A DNA stretch of 64,000 bases, taken from positions 109,852 to 173,851 of the forward strand of contig JAIBAX010000001.1 in assembly GCA_019694955.1 (NCBI GenBank), written 5' to 3'. The notes under the pieces are model-generated. The model worked only from the letters and a program-made list of their open reading frames with translations. It had not been told where the DNA came from and did no database searches. Below are positions 35,746-44,681 of this stretch, piece after piece. Made by a program: the position numbers and the translations under genes. Within the stretch, counting starts at the first letter, position 1, and every line of letters begins with the position of its first letter. Source of the stretch: Chitinophagales bacterium. GTDB taxonomy: Bacteria; Bacteroidota; Bacteroidia; Chitinophagales; JADIYW01.

Positions 35746-38340
35746 TTACTCTACCATTAGCTTTCCCGAGCTTATGGTTTGTTGGCCTTCCAATGTGAAG
35801 ATGTACATACCCGGTGCTAAATCTCTCCTTTCGATAACAACCTGATTGCCATCTACCGGAAGTGTTTTGATGGTTTTTCCGGTGGCATCTACCAATCGCA
35901 ACATAAAGGTTTCCTGAAAAATATTGTCGAATTGCAGTACTGCTTTTTCGTACATGGGATTGGGGAATAATCTGTAAGAAAGTTGCAAATTGTCATAAAC
36001 GCCTGTTGGTACAAAGAAAGTATTCACAGTTGTATTCGTTTCAATTGGAGCGTTGTAGTCGAAATAGATATTGGCGGTATTGTGGAATTTTGTTCCGCCA
36101 ACCAAGCCCGACTTAGGTTCAAGGCTGTATTTTACAAAGCCATGGCTGGCAGGTTCATTGACGGCTTGATGTGGTAATTCAATGTCTTCGAAGGTGAATT
36201 TTATCTTGTTATTATTGCGCGTAGTGGCGGTCACTTCGTGAGAAGATGCCAATATTTTAAATGTCGACCAGTCGAAATCCAAATCTAGACTGTCTTGGAC
36301 TACTACATTGAAGGCGGTATCCGTTCCTGTATTTTGGAAGCGGACGGTATATTCTAGCGGTTGTGTGCCGATGGGAATATTGCCGTTGACGCCTGTACCT
36401 GTTGGTGTCACCAATTTATCATTCGGATCAAAGGAGCCTACGATGATGCTATTGAGGGTGTCGAGATTATTTGTGGGGTTGGCATCATTTGGTATCGGAA
36501 TAATGCCTAAGATGGTGGTGAGTGTATTACCTAAATTGGCGGTTGCAGATAATGTCATTTCCACATAAATGGTTTTGGACTCAAATGGTTGCAGGTTGTT
36601 GAAATTCCATGCATAAGCATCGGCAGAAATATCATCAGGCGTTGATGAAGCCATATTGAAGGTAAGGAGGTCATTCTTTTTGAATACCAAGGTTCCACTT
36701 CGTTTAGTTGTCCCCACGTTTTTATAAGTAAGCCAAAAAGGAACTACAAAACCGGGTCTGGTAGGGCCGGAAGTGATTTGGCAGGCTAAATCATTTATAC
36801 TAACAAGCGGTTGAAGGGCAAAATGTTGCTCATAAATGTAGTTCGAATCAGCAGCGTTTATTTCTATTTCCGAAGGAACTACCTGAAAATGCTCCGGCAC
36901 ACTTGGTTTTAACACATATACGTTATTGAGGGCTGGTATGATGAATTTTCCAGCCGTATCTGTAATAGCAATGCCTTGAATATCAGGCATGTCCTTGTTT
37001 TGATAGGCTATAACCATATTTGGCATAAGCGACTCATCAATAATTTCATACATGCCATTGCTATTTTCGTCGTGGAAGACAGTACCGGTAATAGTGTTAT
37101 TGGAATTGCCTAGATTTTCAAAGAAATGGAAGGCATGTGGATTTGGATAGTAGTTGCCAAAATTGGTAAGATAAAAACCATTAGGACCTGTAGTCATTAA
37201 ATCAATGTCACCGTCATTGTCGATATCCCCACTTCCAATGCTATAAATAGCGGAGGAAGAGGGATTTATTGGATTATTAATGTTGAAAATAAAATTGATG
37301 TTGGGCAGGACTTTTAAATCAAATTGAGGCTGGAGCGAGGTGCCGATATTTTCAAATAAAGATCCGTAAGTGTGTTTACTACTATAAAAGTAATTTGTGT
37401 AATCATAATAGGTATTTCCTGACCAAGAAACGATATCCAAATCTCCATCATTGTCATAATCTACTATATAATGTTCAAAACTACCAATACTCGCTTTAAA
37501 ATAATTTCCTCCATTAAATGTCAGGGTATCAATAAGTGTTAAGTAATGTTGAAATTGTGGGTTGTTTTTATCGCCAATGTTTTCATAATATACTATTTGG
37601 TATAGTGAATTATTTTCCTGTCCAATATTGTCTCTTTTGTAAATCAAACTTTGCGGGCATTTGATGATATCTAAGTCACCATCATTATCAAAATCGTTGA
37701 AATTGAAGGTATGAGACTGGTCTTTAGCATCGTTAACATAGGGAATGGTTTCCAGTTGGAAGGGAAGGTCAGTAGGGTTGGAGAATTTAAAATTAAATTT
37801 ATCTCCTATGTTCTCAAAATAAAAAATATGTTCTTTGTAGGATTCTTCATCACTGCCAATAGCAAATAAGTCCAAATCATTATCACCATCTAAATCGCCA
37901 AATTCAATGTTGTTGACAGATATTGGATAAAAAAGTGAATCGATGTTTAGATTTAAAGGATTGAAATTAGAGGAAGTGAATTTTGGATAATCCTTTGTGC
38001 CAACGTTTTCCTCAAATCTAAAGATTATCTTTCCATCAAATAGCCAAGATATACCCGTAAATGAAAAAATATCTAAATCATTATCACCATCTAGATCAAC
38101 AAGTTCAGTGTTTACATCCTTAATTGAGTTCCTAGTTGAATCACTATGTGTAAAATCTCCCAACCCAAACGGCTGTGCCACTGGTGGAGCATAAATCGGC
38201 ATACCATTTTGTGCATTGGCTTCTTTTGTTACCAATGCAGTAAAACCCAAACCAGAAATTGCACCAAGTGTTTTTAAATGTGCTATTTTACTTTTTATGG
38301 ATTTATTGGCGTTCATCTTTAGTAAACTATTTTTTTCCAT
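35746..38340 (-). CDS. FG-GAP/VCBS-repeat adhesin-like secreted protein with T9SS C-terminal domain
   Basis: Repeated DLDGDNDLD / DFDNDGDLD / DYDNDGDLD / DIDNDGDID motifs. A carboxypeptidase-regulatory-like insert (TGTVFHDENSNG). GSFDPNDK...RFQNTGTDTAF...GFVKY...ANIYFDYNAP region. C-terminal LFPNPM...LVDATGK...GMYIFTL fits the T9SS domain. The start is uncertain (38340 or 38316). Confidence 0.8.
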   Translation of the reverse strand: MEKNSLLKMNANKSIKSKIAHLKTLGAISGLGFTALVTKEANAQNGMPIYAPPVAQPFGLGDFTHSDSTRNSIKDVNTELVDLDGDNDLDIFSFTGISWLFDGKIIFRFEENVGTKDYPKFTSSNFNPLNLNIDSLFYPISVNNIEFGDLDGDNDLDLFAIGSDEESYKEHIFYFENIGDKFNFKFSNPTDLPFQLETIPYVNDAKDQSHTFNFNDFDNDGDLDIIKCPQSLIYKRDNIGQENNSLYQIVYYENIGDKNNPQFQHYLTLIDTLTFNGGNYFKASIGSFEHYIVDYDNDGDLDIVSWSGNTYYDYTNYFYSSKHTYGSLFENIGTSLQPQFDLKVLPNINFIFNINNPINPSSSAIYSIGSGDIDNDGDIDLMTTGPNGFYLTNFGNYYPNPHAFHFFENLGNSNNTITGTVFHDENSNGMYEIIDESLMPNMVIAYQNKDMPDIQGIAITDTAGKFIIPALNNVYVLKPSVPEHFQVVPSEIEINAADSNYIYEQHFALQPLVSINDLACQITSGPTRPGFVVPFWLTYKNVGTTKRSGTLVFKKNDLLTFNMASSTPDDISADAYAWNFNNLQPFESKTIYVEMTLSATANLGNTLTTILGIIPIPNDANPTNNLDTLNSIIVGSFDPNDKLVTPTGTGVNGNIPIGTQPLEYTVRFQNTGTDTAFNVVVQDSLDLDFDWSTFKILASSHEVTATTRNNNKIKFTFEDIELPHQAVNEPASHGFVKYSLEPKSGLVGGTKFHNTANIYFDYNAPIETNTTVNTFFVPTGVYDNLQLSYRLFPNPMYEKAVLQFDNIFQETFMLRLVDATGKTIKTLPVDGNQVVIERRDLAPGMYIFTLEGQQTISSGKLMVE

Positions 38341-38554
38341 AATTGCGGTTTTTGTGTTAAAGATAATGTAGAAAGTATATCCTTGCAATTACATTTTTAT
38401 GTTAAAATCGGATTTTTTTATTTATTTTTAGTATAATTTGTACGACATTAGGCTATTAAGTTAACAGGCCTATTTTTAAGTATAAATCCCAGATAGTCCT
38501 TACTAAATACAATTTACTCACTACTAATTACTTAATCATTTCATCATTTTTTCT

Positions 38555-38562
38555 TATTTTTG
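38555..38562 (+). promoter_or_regulatory. -7 promoter box TATTTTTG
   Basis: Matches TAnnTTTG, 28 nt upstream of ATG 38590. This supports the shorter gene model. Confidence 0.4.
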
Positions 38563-38589
38563 CACTTTAACGACGATGATTGCAGATGT

Positions 38590-39360
38590 ATGAAGACAAA
38601 AGATGAAATAGTACAAAACTGGTTGCCAAGATATACCGGTACTAATGTGGAAGACTTTAGTAAGTATTTACTACTAACCAATTTTAATAATTATGTTAGA
38701 ATTTTTGCAGAAAAGTATGAAGTTCCAATTAATGGTTTGGATAGGGTGATGCCCAATGCTACCGCAAATGGAATTTCTATTATAAACTTTGGTATGGGTA
38801 GTGCCAATGCCGCCACCATTATGGATTTGCTGACAGCAATAGAACCGAAAAGTGTATTGTTCCTTGGGAAATGTGGCGGTTTAAAAAAGAAAAATGAACT
38901 TGGAGATTTAATTCTTCCACTGGCAGCAATAAGAGGCGAAGGAACTTCTAATGATTATTTATTGCCGGAAGTGCCTGCTTTGCCGGCATTTAGCCTACAA
39001 AGAGCAGTTTCGCATGTTATTAGAGATAAGGGTTACGATTATTGGACAGGAACAGTGTTTACAACCAACAGAAGGGTTTGGGAGCATGATGATGACTTTA
39101 AGGAATACCTTCGAAAATGTCGTGCCATGGCCATTGATATGGAAACCGCCACCATTTTTAGCGCTGGCTTTGCAAATGAAATCCCCGTAGGCGCCCTCTT
39201 ACTCGTTTCCGACCAACCCATGATATCTTCAGGCGTAAAAACAGAACAAAGCGATAAAGTAGTCAGCCAAAATTTCGTCGAAAGGCATATAGATATTGGC
39301 ATCGATTCGCTACTCGAAATTTGTAACCACGGGATGTCTGTGAAACATTTGAAGTTTTAA
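38590..39360 (+). CDS. AMP nucleosidase-like / PNP-UDP family nucleoside phosphorylase
   Basis: INFGMGSANAATIMDLL...LFLGKCGGLK...AIDMETA motifs resemble the catalytic domain of AMP nucleosidase. The short form is common in Bacteroidota. Confidence 0.7.
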   Translation: MKTKDEIVQNWLPRYTGTNVEDFSKYLLLTNFNNYVRIFAEKYEVPINGLDRVMPNATANGISIINFGMGSANAATIMDLLTAIEPKSVLFLGKCGGLKKKNELGDLILPLAAIRGEGTSNDYLLPEVPALPAFSLQRAVSHVIRDKGYDYWTGTVFTTNRRVWEHDDDFKEYLRKCRAMAIDMETATIFSAGFANEIPVGALLLVSDQPMISSGVKTEQSDKVVSQNFVERHIDIGIDSLLEICNHGMSVKHLKF

Positions 39361-39376
39361 TCGCTGTTCCTATAAT

Positions 39377-40399
39377 ATGACTTATTCTAAAGACCTAAAG
39401 GTTTTCTTTATCGTTGGCAACTCTCGAAGTGGCACCACTATGATGTTGCGCATTCTAGACAACCATCCCGAAATATATGGATTGAACGAACTTCATTTCT
39501 TCGAGCAATTGTGGTCAGGAACGGATATCGATAGGGTGGTTTCAATAGATGAAGCTATTGACCTTGCCGCCAGATTGATTTATATCCAAAGAAAAGGATA
39601 TATGGGCTTCTCAGATGCTGTAACTTATCGAAAGGAAGCAACAGCACTGGTGTCTAAAATGGAACAGCAAAATCTCCTTCTCCATGACGTATATGCATAT
39701 ATGATGCAGGACGAGACCATTCAAAATGAAAAAAAATATCCGGTAGAAAAAACACCGCAAAATGTCTTTTATATCAAAGAAATTTTGACGTTATTTCCCA
39801 ATGCACGTGTTATTAATATGGTTAGAGATCCCCGTGGCGTCATGCTTTCTCAGAAGAGAAAATGGATGAGGCGGAAAATGGGTGCAACCTTTATTACAAG
39901 AAAAGAAGTTGTGCGTTTGAGAATAAACTATCACCCCATTACCATTAGCAAGCTTTGGAATAGCTCCATTACCGCAGCAAAAATGAGCCTGCATGATGAA
40001 CGGGTAAAAACCATCCATTTCGAGCATATGTTGGATGCTCCGGAAGAAACGGCAAAAGAAATTTGTAACCATTTCGGTATTCAATTTTTGCCGGAAATGT
40101 TAGACATACCACAGGCATCTTCCTCTAACGAACCGGACAGTAAAGAGAAAGGAATCAATAAAAATAGGGCTGGAAATTGGAAGAAAGGCGGACTTAATGA
40201 AACGGAGCAGTATATATGTCAGCAGATAAGTGGCCATCTGATGGAGGAGTTTAATTATCCTTTAGAGCCATTAAAGCCGAACTACTTAGCACTGAGCTTG
40301 TATTACCTATCATTTCCATTTAAGTTGGCACTAGCACTGTTGGTGAATTTAAATAGAATGAAAAATATTGTTGAAACTTTAAAGAAAAGATGGACATAA
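39377..40399 (+). CDS. sulfotransferase family protein
   Basis: 5'-PSB loop FIVGNSRSGTTMM and 3'-PB-like region VINMVRDPRGVMLS are typical of PAPS-dependent sulfotransferases. Hydrophobic C-terminal segment. Confidence 0.8.
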   Translation: MTYSKDLKVFFIVGNSRSGTTMMLRILDNHPEIYGLNELHFFEQLWSGTDIDRVVSIDEAIDLAARLIYIQRKGYMGFSDAVTYRKEATALVSKMEQQNLLLHDVYAYMMQDETIQNEKKYPVEKTPQNVFYIKEILTLFPNARVINMVRDPRGVMLSQKRKWMRRKMGATFITRKEVVRLRINYHPITISKLWNSSITAAKMSLHDERVKTIHFEHMLDAPEETAKEICNHFGIQFLPEMLDIPQASSSNEPDSKEKGINKNRAGNWKKGGLNETEQYICQQISGHLMEEFNYPLEPLKPNYLALSLYYLSFPFKLALALLVNLNRMKNIVETLKKRWT

Positions 40400-41157
40400 T
40401 TCCTGCATTTGATAAAAGTTTACCCAATCTGAGGTTTACAGATGCACCCGACCAACCATCTGTGGTGGATTATATCTTTAAGCAATGGTCAGCTAAGGAT
40501 GCCTATGTTGTCCATTTTATGTACTATGCCAGTTATATTCTGATGCAACACGACCCTGCCTTTTTGCAGTCCATGTTATTGGCAAACAATATCCTCATAG
40601 ATGGTATTGGTGCGCAAATGTATTTTAAATGGCTGATGAACCTAAAAGTCAATAACCTAAATGGCACAGATTTAAGTCCTTTGGTGATTAACTACTGTGT
40701 TAAAAGCAATATTCCCTTAGCATTTTACGGCACCACCCAAGAGCAAATTGCCAGAGCCGCAGAAAAGCAAGATGAACAGTACGGCAAAAAGGTGGTTTAT
40801 TATTGCCAAAATGGGTATAGTGCTTTGGATTGGAATGCCATACAGCCGGAATCAGTACTCATCGTCGGTATGGGTTCTCCCTTACAGGAAAATTGGGTTA
40901 AGAATAATATAGAAACCCTGAAACAGAAGAAAATACTGGTGTTTACCGTTGGAGGTTTTTTTGATTTTGCCTCCGGTTTTTATATTCGTGCACCCAAATG
41001 GGTGAGGAAGCTTAAGCTAGAATGGGCGTGGCGTACAATATTACATCCGGGACGACACTACAAAAAGAGGCTGAGAGATACTACGATTATCATAAAACCC
41101 TTTATAGATAGACTAAAAGGATATCATAAAATCATTAACTTTCTTTATATAAAATAA
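40390..41157 (+). CDS. WecB/TagA/CpsF family glycosyltransferase
   Basis: DGIG...LNGTDL...FYGTT...VGMGSPLQENW...VGGFFDF...APKW...LEW..R pattern of glycosyltransferase family 26. Overlaps the upstream gene by 10 nt. Confidence 0.8.
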   Translation: MDIIPAFDKSLPNLRFTDAPDQPSVVDYIFKQWSAKDAYVVHFMYYASYILMQHDPAFLQSMLLANNILIDGIGAQMYFKWLMNLKVNNLNGTDLSPLVINYCVKSNIPLAFYGTTQEQIARAAEKQDEQYGKKVVYYCQNGYSALDWNAIQPESVLIVGMGSPLQENWVKNNIETLKQKKILVFTVGGFFDFASGFYIRAPKWVRKLKLEWAWRTILHPGRHYKKRLRDTTIIIKPFIDRLKGYHKIINFLYIK

Positions 41158-41220
41158 GTTTGATTATCTTTGGAGAGCAGTTTAATATGGGACGTTAAAC
41201 AGTATCAAAAGAAAGTTTAT

Positions 41221-42111
41221 ATGAGAATATGGCTTATTATCGCCTTGGTTTTTGTAGTCTTATTTGCAAAGAAAAATAACATCAGTTATCATAATAAGAT
41301 GCATGAAAAGGCATCGCTATTTGTGTTTGATAAAAAGATATCCTATATCATCGAACATGCCGAATATTCGTTGACTAAGCAGGAAATGTCAAGTGTTTTT
41401 GTGCCTTTGGGTAAAATCTTTCAAAATGACGAGACATGGGTGAATGCACGATTCTTGACATCTTCAACTCAAAGTAACAAAAGATTACTTTTTTTATCCG
41501 GAGAGGCATCTAGCCTATTGCTTTTGCTTTCAAAAGAATCTAAAAGATGGTGCTTGCAAGATACCATCACGCTAAGTGCCAATGAACCTGTAGATTTTAA
41601 AATCCTTAATTCCAATTCACACATGGGTTTTATTACTAAAGGCTTTCCGCAGCAATACTATTTTTATCGCGTAGTACAGGATAGTTTGTGTAAGGTAGGG
41701 GAGATGACTGGCAACCGACAGGCAAGGAAAGGTGACCTTGTTACAAGGATAATTGCAAACATGGACTATTCAACGAAAACAGATGATATTAATTTTCTTT
41801 ATGATATACAGATGAATCTTGAAGCGGAAGATTCACTTTCCTTGGTCACCCCTTTGTTTCAAACAAAAATTGCGTATAGTTATCATTTCGATGAGCAAAA
41901 GAAAATGCTCGTGCCTGCACAAGTACTCGATAGTGTTCAAGTATGGCAGCTAAGCTATATTGACCATCCAGAGAGATATCAACAATTTTTTAAAGCATTT
42001 AACAATGAAATAAATCTTATATTTGAAGGCAGTAATCAACAGCAAAGGGACAGGTTGTTGATGCTAAAATCCTTCATTTCAGGTGATACGATATCTTCGC
42101 ATCCGCTTTAG
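41221..42111 (+). CDS. hypothetical protein with N-terminal signal anchor
   Basis: ATG 41221 gives MRIWLIIALVFVVLFA. No recognisable domain. Confidence 0.5.
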   Translation: MRIWLIIALVFVVLFAKKNNISYHNKMHEKASLFVFDKKISYIIEHAEYSLTKQEMSSVFVPLGKIFQNDETWVNARFLTSSTQSNKRLLFLSGEASSLLLLLSKESKRWCLQDTITLSANEPVDFKILNSNSHMGFITKGFPQQYYFYRVVQDSLCKVGEMTGNRQARKGDLVTRIIANMDYSTKTDDINFLYDIQMNLEAEDSLSLVTPLFQTKIAYSYHFDEQKKMLVPAQVLDSVQVWQLSYIDHPERYQQFFKAFNNEINLIFEGSNQQQRDRLLMLKSFISGDTISSHPL

Positions 42112-42160
42112 AAATGTAAGAAGAATGGGAAAGTATGTAAAAAATTAAAGAAAGGGAATT

Positions 42161-42652
42161 ATGGCAAAAAGGGACCAATTAGATCGTTTAGATTTACAGA
42201 TTTTGGCATTTTTGATGGAAGACGCAAAAATGCCTTACACAGACATCGCTAAAAAACTCATCATCTCCAGTGGCACAGTTCACGTAAGGATGAAAAAAAT
42301 GGAAGACCTCGGTGTGATTAAAAGTTCAAACTTAAGGATTCAAGAACAGAAACTCGGATATGATATCACTGCCTTCTTAGGAATATATCTTTCCAAGAGT
42401 TCTCACTACAAGTCAGTGGCAAAAGAACTGGAAAAAATACCGGAAGTCATCGAACTTACCTATACAACGGGTATTTATTCTATGTTTGCCAAAGTTGTTT
42501 GTAAGGACACCACACACCTTAGAGATGTTCTGCATGAGAAAATTCAGAACATTGAAGAAATTACACGAACGGAGACATTTATTTCTTTAGAGGAGACATT
42601 TAGCAGGCCAATAAAAATTGATGTGAATGACGCTCCAGAATCTGAGGAGTAG
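42161..42652 (+). CDS. Lrp/AsnC family transcriptional regulator
   Basis: LDRLDLQILAFLMEDAKMPYTDIAKKLIISSGTVHVRMKKM HTH followed by a RAM/ACT-like domain. Confidence 0.85.
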   Translation: MAKRDQLDRLDLQILAFLMEDAKMPYTDIAKKLIISSGTVHVRMKKMEDLGVIKSSNLRIQEQKLGYDITAFLGIYLSKSSHYKSVAKELEKIPEVIELTYTTGIYSMFAKVVCKDTTHLRDVLHEKIQNIEEITRTETFISLEETFSRPIKIDVNDAPESEE

Positions 42653-42701
42653 TTTTTAACATTTTATGCATATTTTATAGAAATCCATCGGATAAGGTTT
42701 T

Positions 42702-42709
42702 TATCTTTG
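42702..42709 (+). promoter_or_regulatory. -7 promoter box TATCTTTG
   Basis: Ends 5 nt before ATG 42714 of the cysteine synthase family gene, which implies a leaderless or near-leaderless mRNA. Confidence 0.45.
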
Positions 42710-42713
42710 CCCC

Positions 42714-43700
42714 ATGCAAATCTATAATAATATTTTAGAAACTATTGGAAATACACCAATAGTAAAGTTGAATAAAATTACCAGTCATATACCTGCAACT
42801 ATTGCAGTTAAAGTAGAATATGGCAATCCTGGCAATTCTATAAAAGATAGGATGGCCGTTAAAATGATAGAAGATGCTGAAAAGGATGGTCGCTTGAAAC
42901 CGGGTGGCACCATCATCGAATGTACTAGCGGGAATACAGGAATGGGACTGGCAATAGCGGCATGTGTGAAGGGTTATAAGTGCATATTTACCTCTACTGA
43001 AAAGCAATCAAAAGAAAAGTTTGATATGTTACGAGCCTTGGGAGCAGAAGTGCATGTGTGTCCTACTGCTGTAGAACCGGAAGATCCTCGTTCCTATTAT
43101 TCCGTCGCCAAACGACTGGCAAAGGAAATTCCTAATTCAGTGTGGATGAACCAATACGATAACCTTTCCAACAGACAGGCACATTATGAGTCTACGGGCC
43201 CAGAAATTTGGCGCCAGACCGAAGGGAAAATTACGCATTTTGTCGTTGGAATCGGTACCGGTGGTACCATTACCGGCACGGGTACCTATTTGAAAGAACA
43301 AAATACAAATGTAAAAGTATGGGGTATAGATACCTATGGCTCCATCTTAAAACAATACTATGAGACAGGTACCTACAATCCGGCAGATATCCATAGTTAT
43401 GTTACAGAAGGAATCGGGGAGGACTTTATTCCGCAGAATTACGATTTTAGCATTATAGACTTTATTGAAAAGGTAACAGATAAAGATGCAGCATTGATGC
43501 AGCGGAGACTGGCAAGGGAGGAAGGACTGTTTTTAGGAAATTCCGCCGGTTCGGCCGTGCAAGGCTTGCTGCAATTGCACGAACAATTTCCGTTGACAAA
43601 AGATGATATTGTAGTGATTGTTACACATGATCACGGTTCTAGATATGTCGGCAAATTTTTTAACGATGATTGGATGAGGAGCAAAGGCTATATCGATTAG
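42714..43700 (+). CDS. PLP-dependent cysteine synthase / cystathionine beta-synthase family protein
   Basis: ILETIGNTPIVKL, PGNSIKDR (PLP lysine), TSGNTG and GTGGTITG motifs of the fold-type II CysK/CBS family. There are no C-terminal CBS domains. Confidence 0.85.
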   Translation: MQIYNNILETIGNTPIVKLNKITSHIPATIAVKVEYGNPGNSIKDRMAVKMIEDAEKDGRLKPGGTIIECTSGNTGMGLAIAACVKGYKCIFTSTEKQSKEKFDMLRALGAEVHVCPTAVEPEDPRSYYSVAKRLAKEIPNSVWMNQYDNLSNRQAHYESTGPEIWRQTEGKITHFVVGIGTGGTITGTGTYLKEQNTNVKVWGIDTYGSILKQYYETGTYNPADIHSYVTEGIGEDFIPQNYDFSIIDFIEKVTDKDAALMQRRLAREEGLFLGNSAGSAVQGLLQLHEQFPLTKDDIVVIVTHDHGSRYVGKFFNDDWMRSKGYID

Positions 43701-43704
43701 CGAA

Positions 43705-44448
43705 ATGGTCAGTTATCCCAAAAGAATTGTTTCATTAGTACCCTCTATAACGGCAACGCTTTGTGATGTTGGTATGGAGCAATATTTAGTAGGCAGAACA
43801 AAATTCTGTATACATGATAAAGAAAAACTACAGCATGTTCGTATTGTTGGCGGAACAAAACAGGTAAATTATTCCATCATAGATGCCTTGCAGCCGGATT
43901 TAATCCTTTGCAATAAAGAAGAAAATACAAAAGAGATGGTAGAAACTCTATCACGTGTCTATAGCGTTTGGGTTTCTGATATTCGAACAATACAGGATAA
44001 TTTTGAATTGTTGGACTATATAGGCGTCATTTCTGGGAATGAAGCAAAAACAGATGCTATGAAGCGCCAGCTTAGTGAGGTCTTTGATAAGGTAAAAGAT
44101 ATTTTTTTTGGACAACGTGTGTTGTATTTGATTTGGTACAAACCTTGGATGTGTGCTGGTGGCGATACTTTTATTGACGCCATTTTACATCATTTGGGGT
44201 ATGTTAACGTTATTAAAGAAATTTCAACGGATAGATATCCAATACTGGATACAAAGAAAATTCCTACAAACTTAAACGTAGATAAAATACTGCTTTCCTC
44301 AGAACCATTTCCCTTTAAACAGCAACACCTGAAGATGTTGGAGGTCATTTTTCCTGCGGCAAAAATTCAATTCGTAAATGGAGAATGGTTTAGCTGGTAC
44401 GGGTCAAGGATGAAACTATTAGAAAATGTGCTGCTGACCAATTCCTAA
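43705..44448 (+). CDS. BtuF-like periplasmic-binding-protein type 2 fold protein
   Basis: RIVSLVPSITATLCDVG and LQPDLILCNKEEN are typical of helical-backbone (cobalamin/siderophore-binding) receptors. No obvious signal peptide, so the function is uncertain. Confidence 0.6.
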   Translation: MVSYPKRIVSLVPSITATLCDVGMEQYLVGRTKFCIHDKEKLQHVRIVGGTKQVNYSIIDALQPDLILCNKEENTKEMVETLSRVYSVWVSDIRTIQDNFELLDYIGVISGNEAKTDAMKRQLSEVFDKVKDIFFGQRVLYLIWYKPWMCAGGDTFIDAILHHLGYVNVIKEISTDRYPILDTKKIPTNLNVDKILLSSEPFPFKQQHLKMLEVIFPAAKIQFVNGEWFSWYGSRMKLLENVLLTNS

Positions 44449-44681
44449 TTAACGTGAATTTAGGAACGAACAAATCATAAGTTATTGATAATGAATGATT
44501 TGTAATATTATTGATATTTACTTCAATCATTTCTTAACCGCAAAGTCGCAAAAGAATACGCAAAGTAAACAGAGAAAATCCTTGCTCCCGACAATTTAGT
44601 CGGGACTTGCGTTAACATTGCGTCACAGCGGTTAAAATCTTTTTAAAGCACTTGTTCTATGTTCCCGAATTCACGTTAATT
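44447..44681. repeat. 21-bp inverted repeats (19/21) bracketing the whole convergent intergenic region
   Basis: Left arm aattaacgtgaatttaggaac (44447-44467). The right arm (44661-44681) has reverse complement aattaacgtgaattcgggaac. Each arm overlaps the stop codon of one convergent gene. Confidence 0.5.
44534..44635 (+). repeat. REP/MITE-like element with TTAACCGC...GCGGTTAA termini (ACCGCAAAG family)
   Basis: ttaaccgcaaagtcgcaaaagaatacgcaaag...gcggttaa, with an internal hairpin TCCCGAC-N6-GTCGGGA (44586-44605). Confidence 0.6.

Noticed and set aside
44447-44681. Invertible (phase-variable) promoter flanked by inverted repeats
   Set aside because: The segment lies between the 3' ends of two convergent genes, so an invertible promoter would have nothing to drive. 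No site-specific recombinase gene is nearby and no TAnnTTTG box lies inside.
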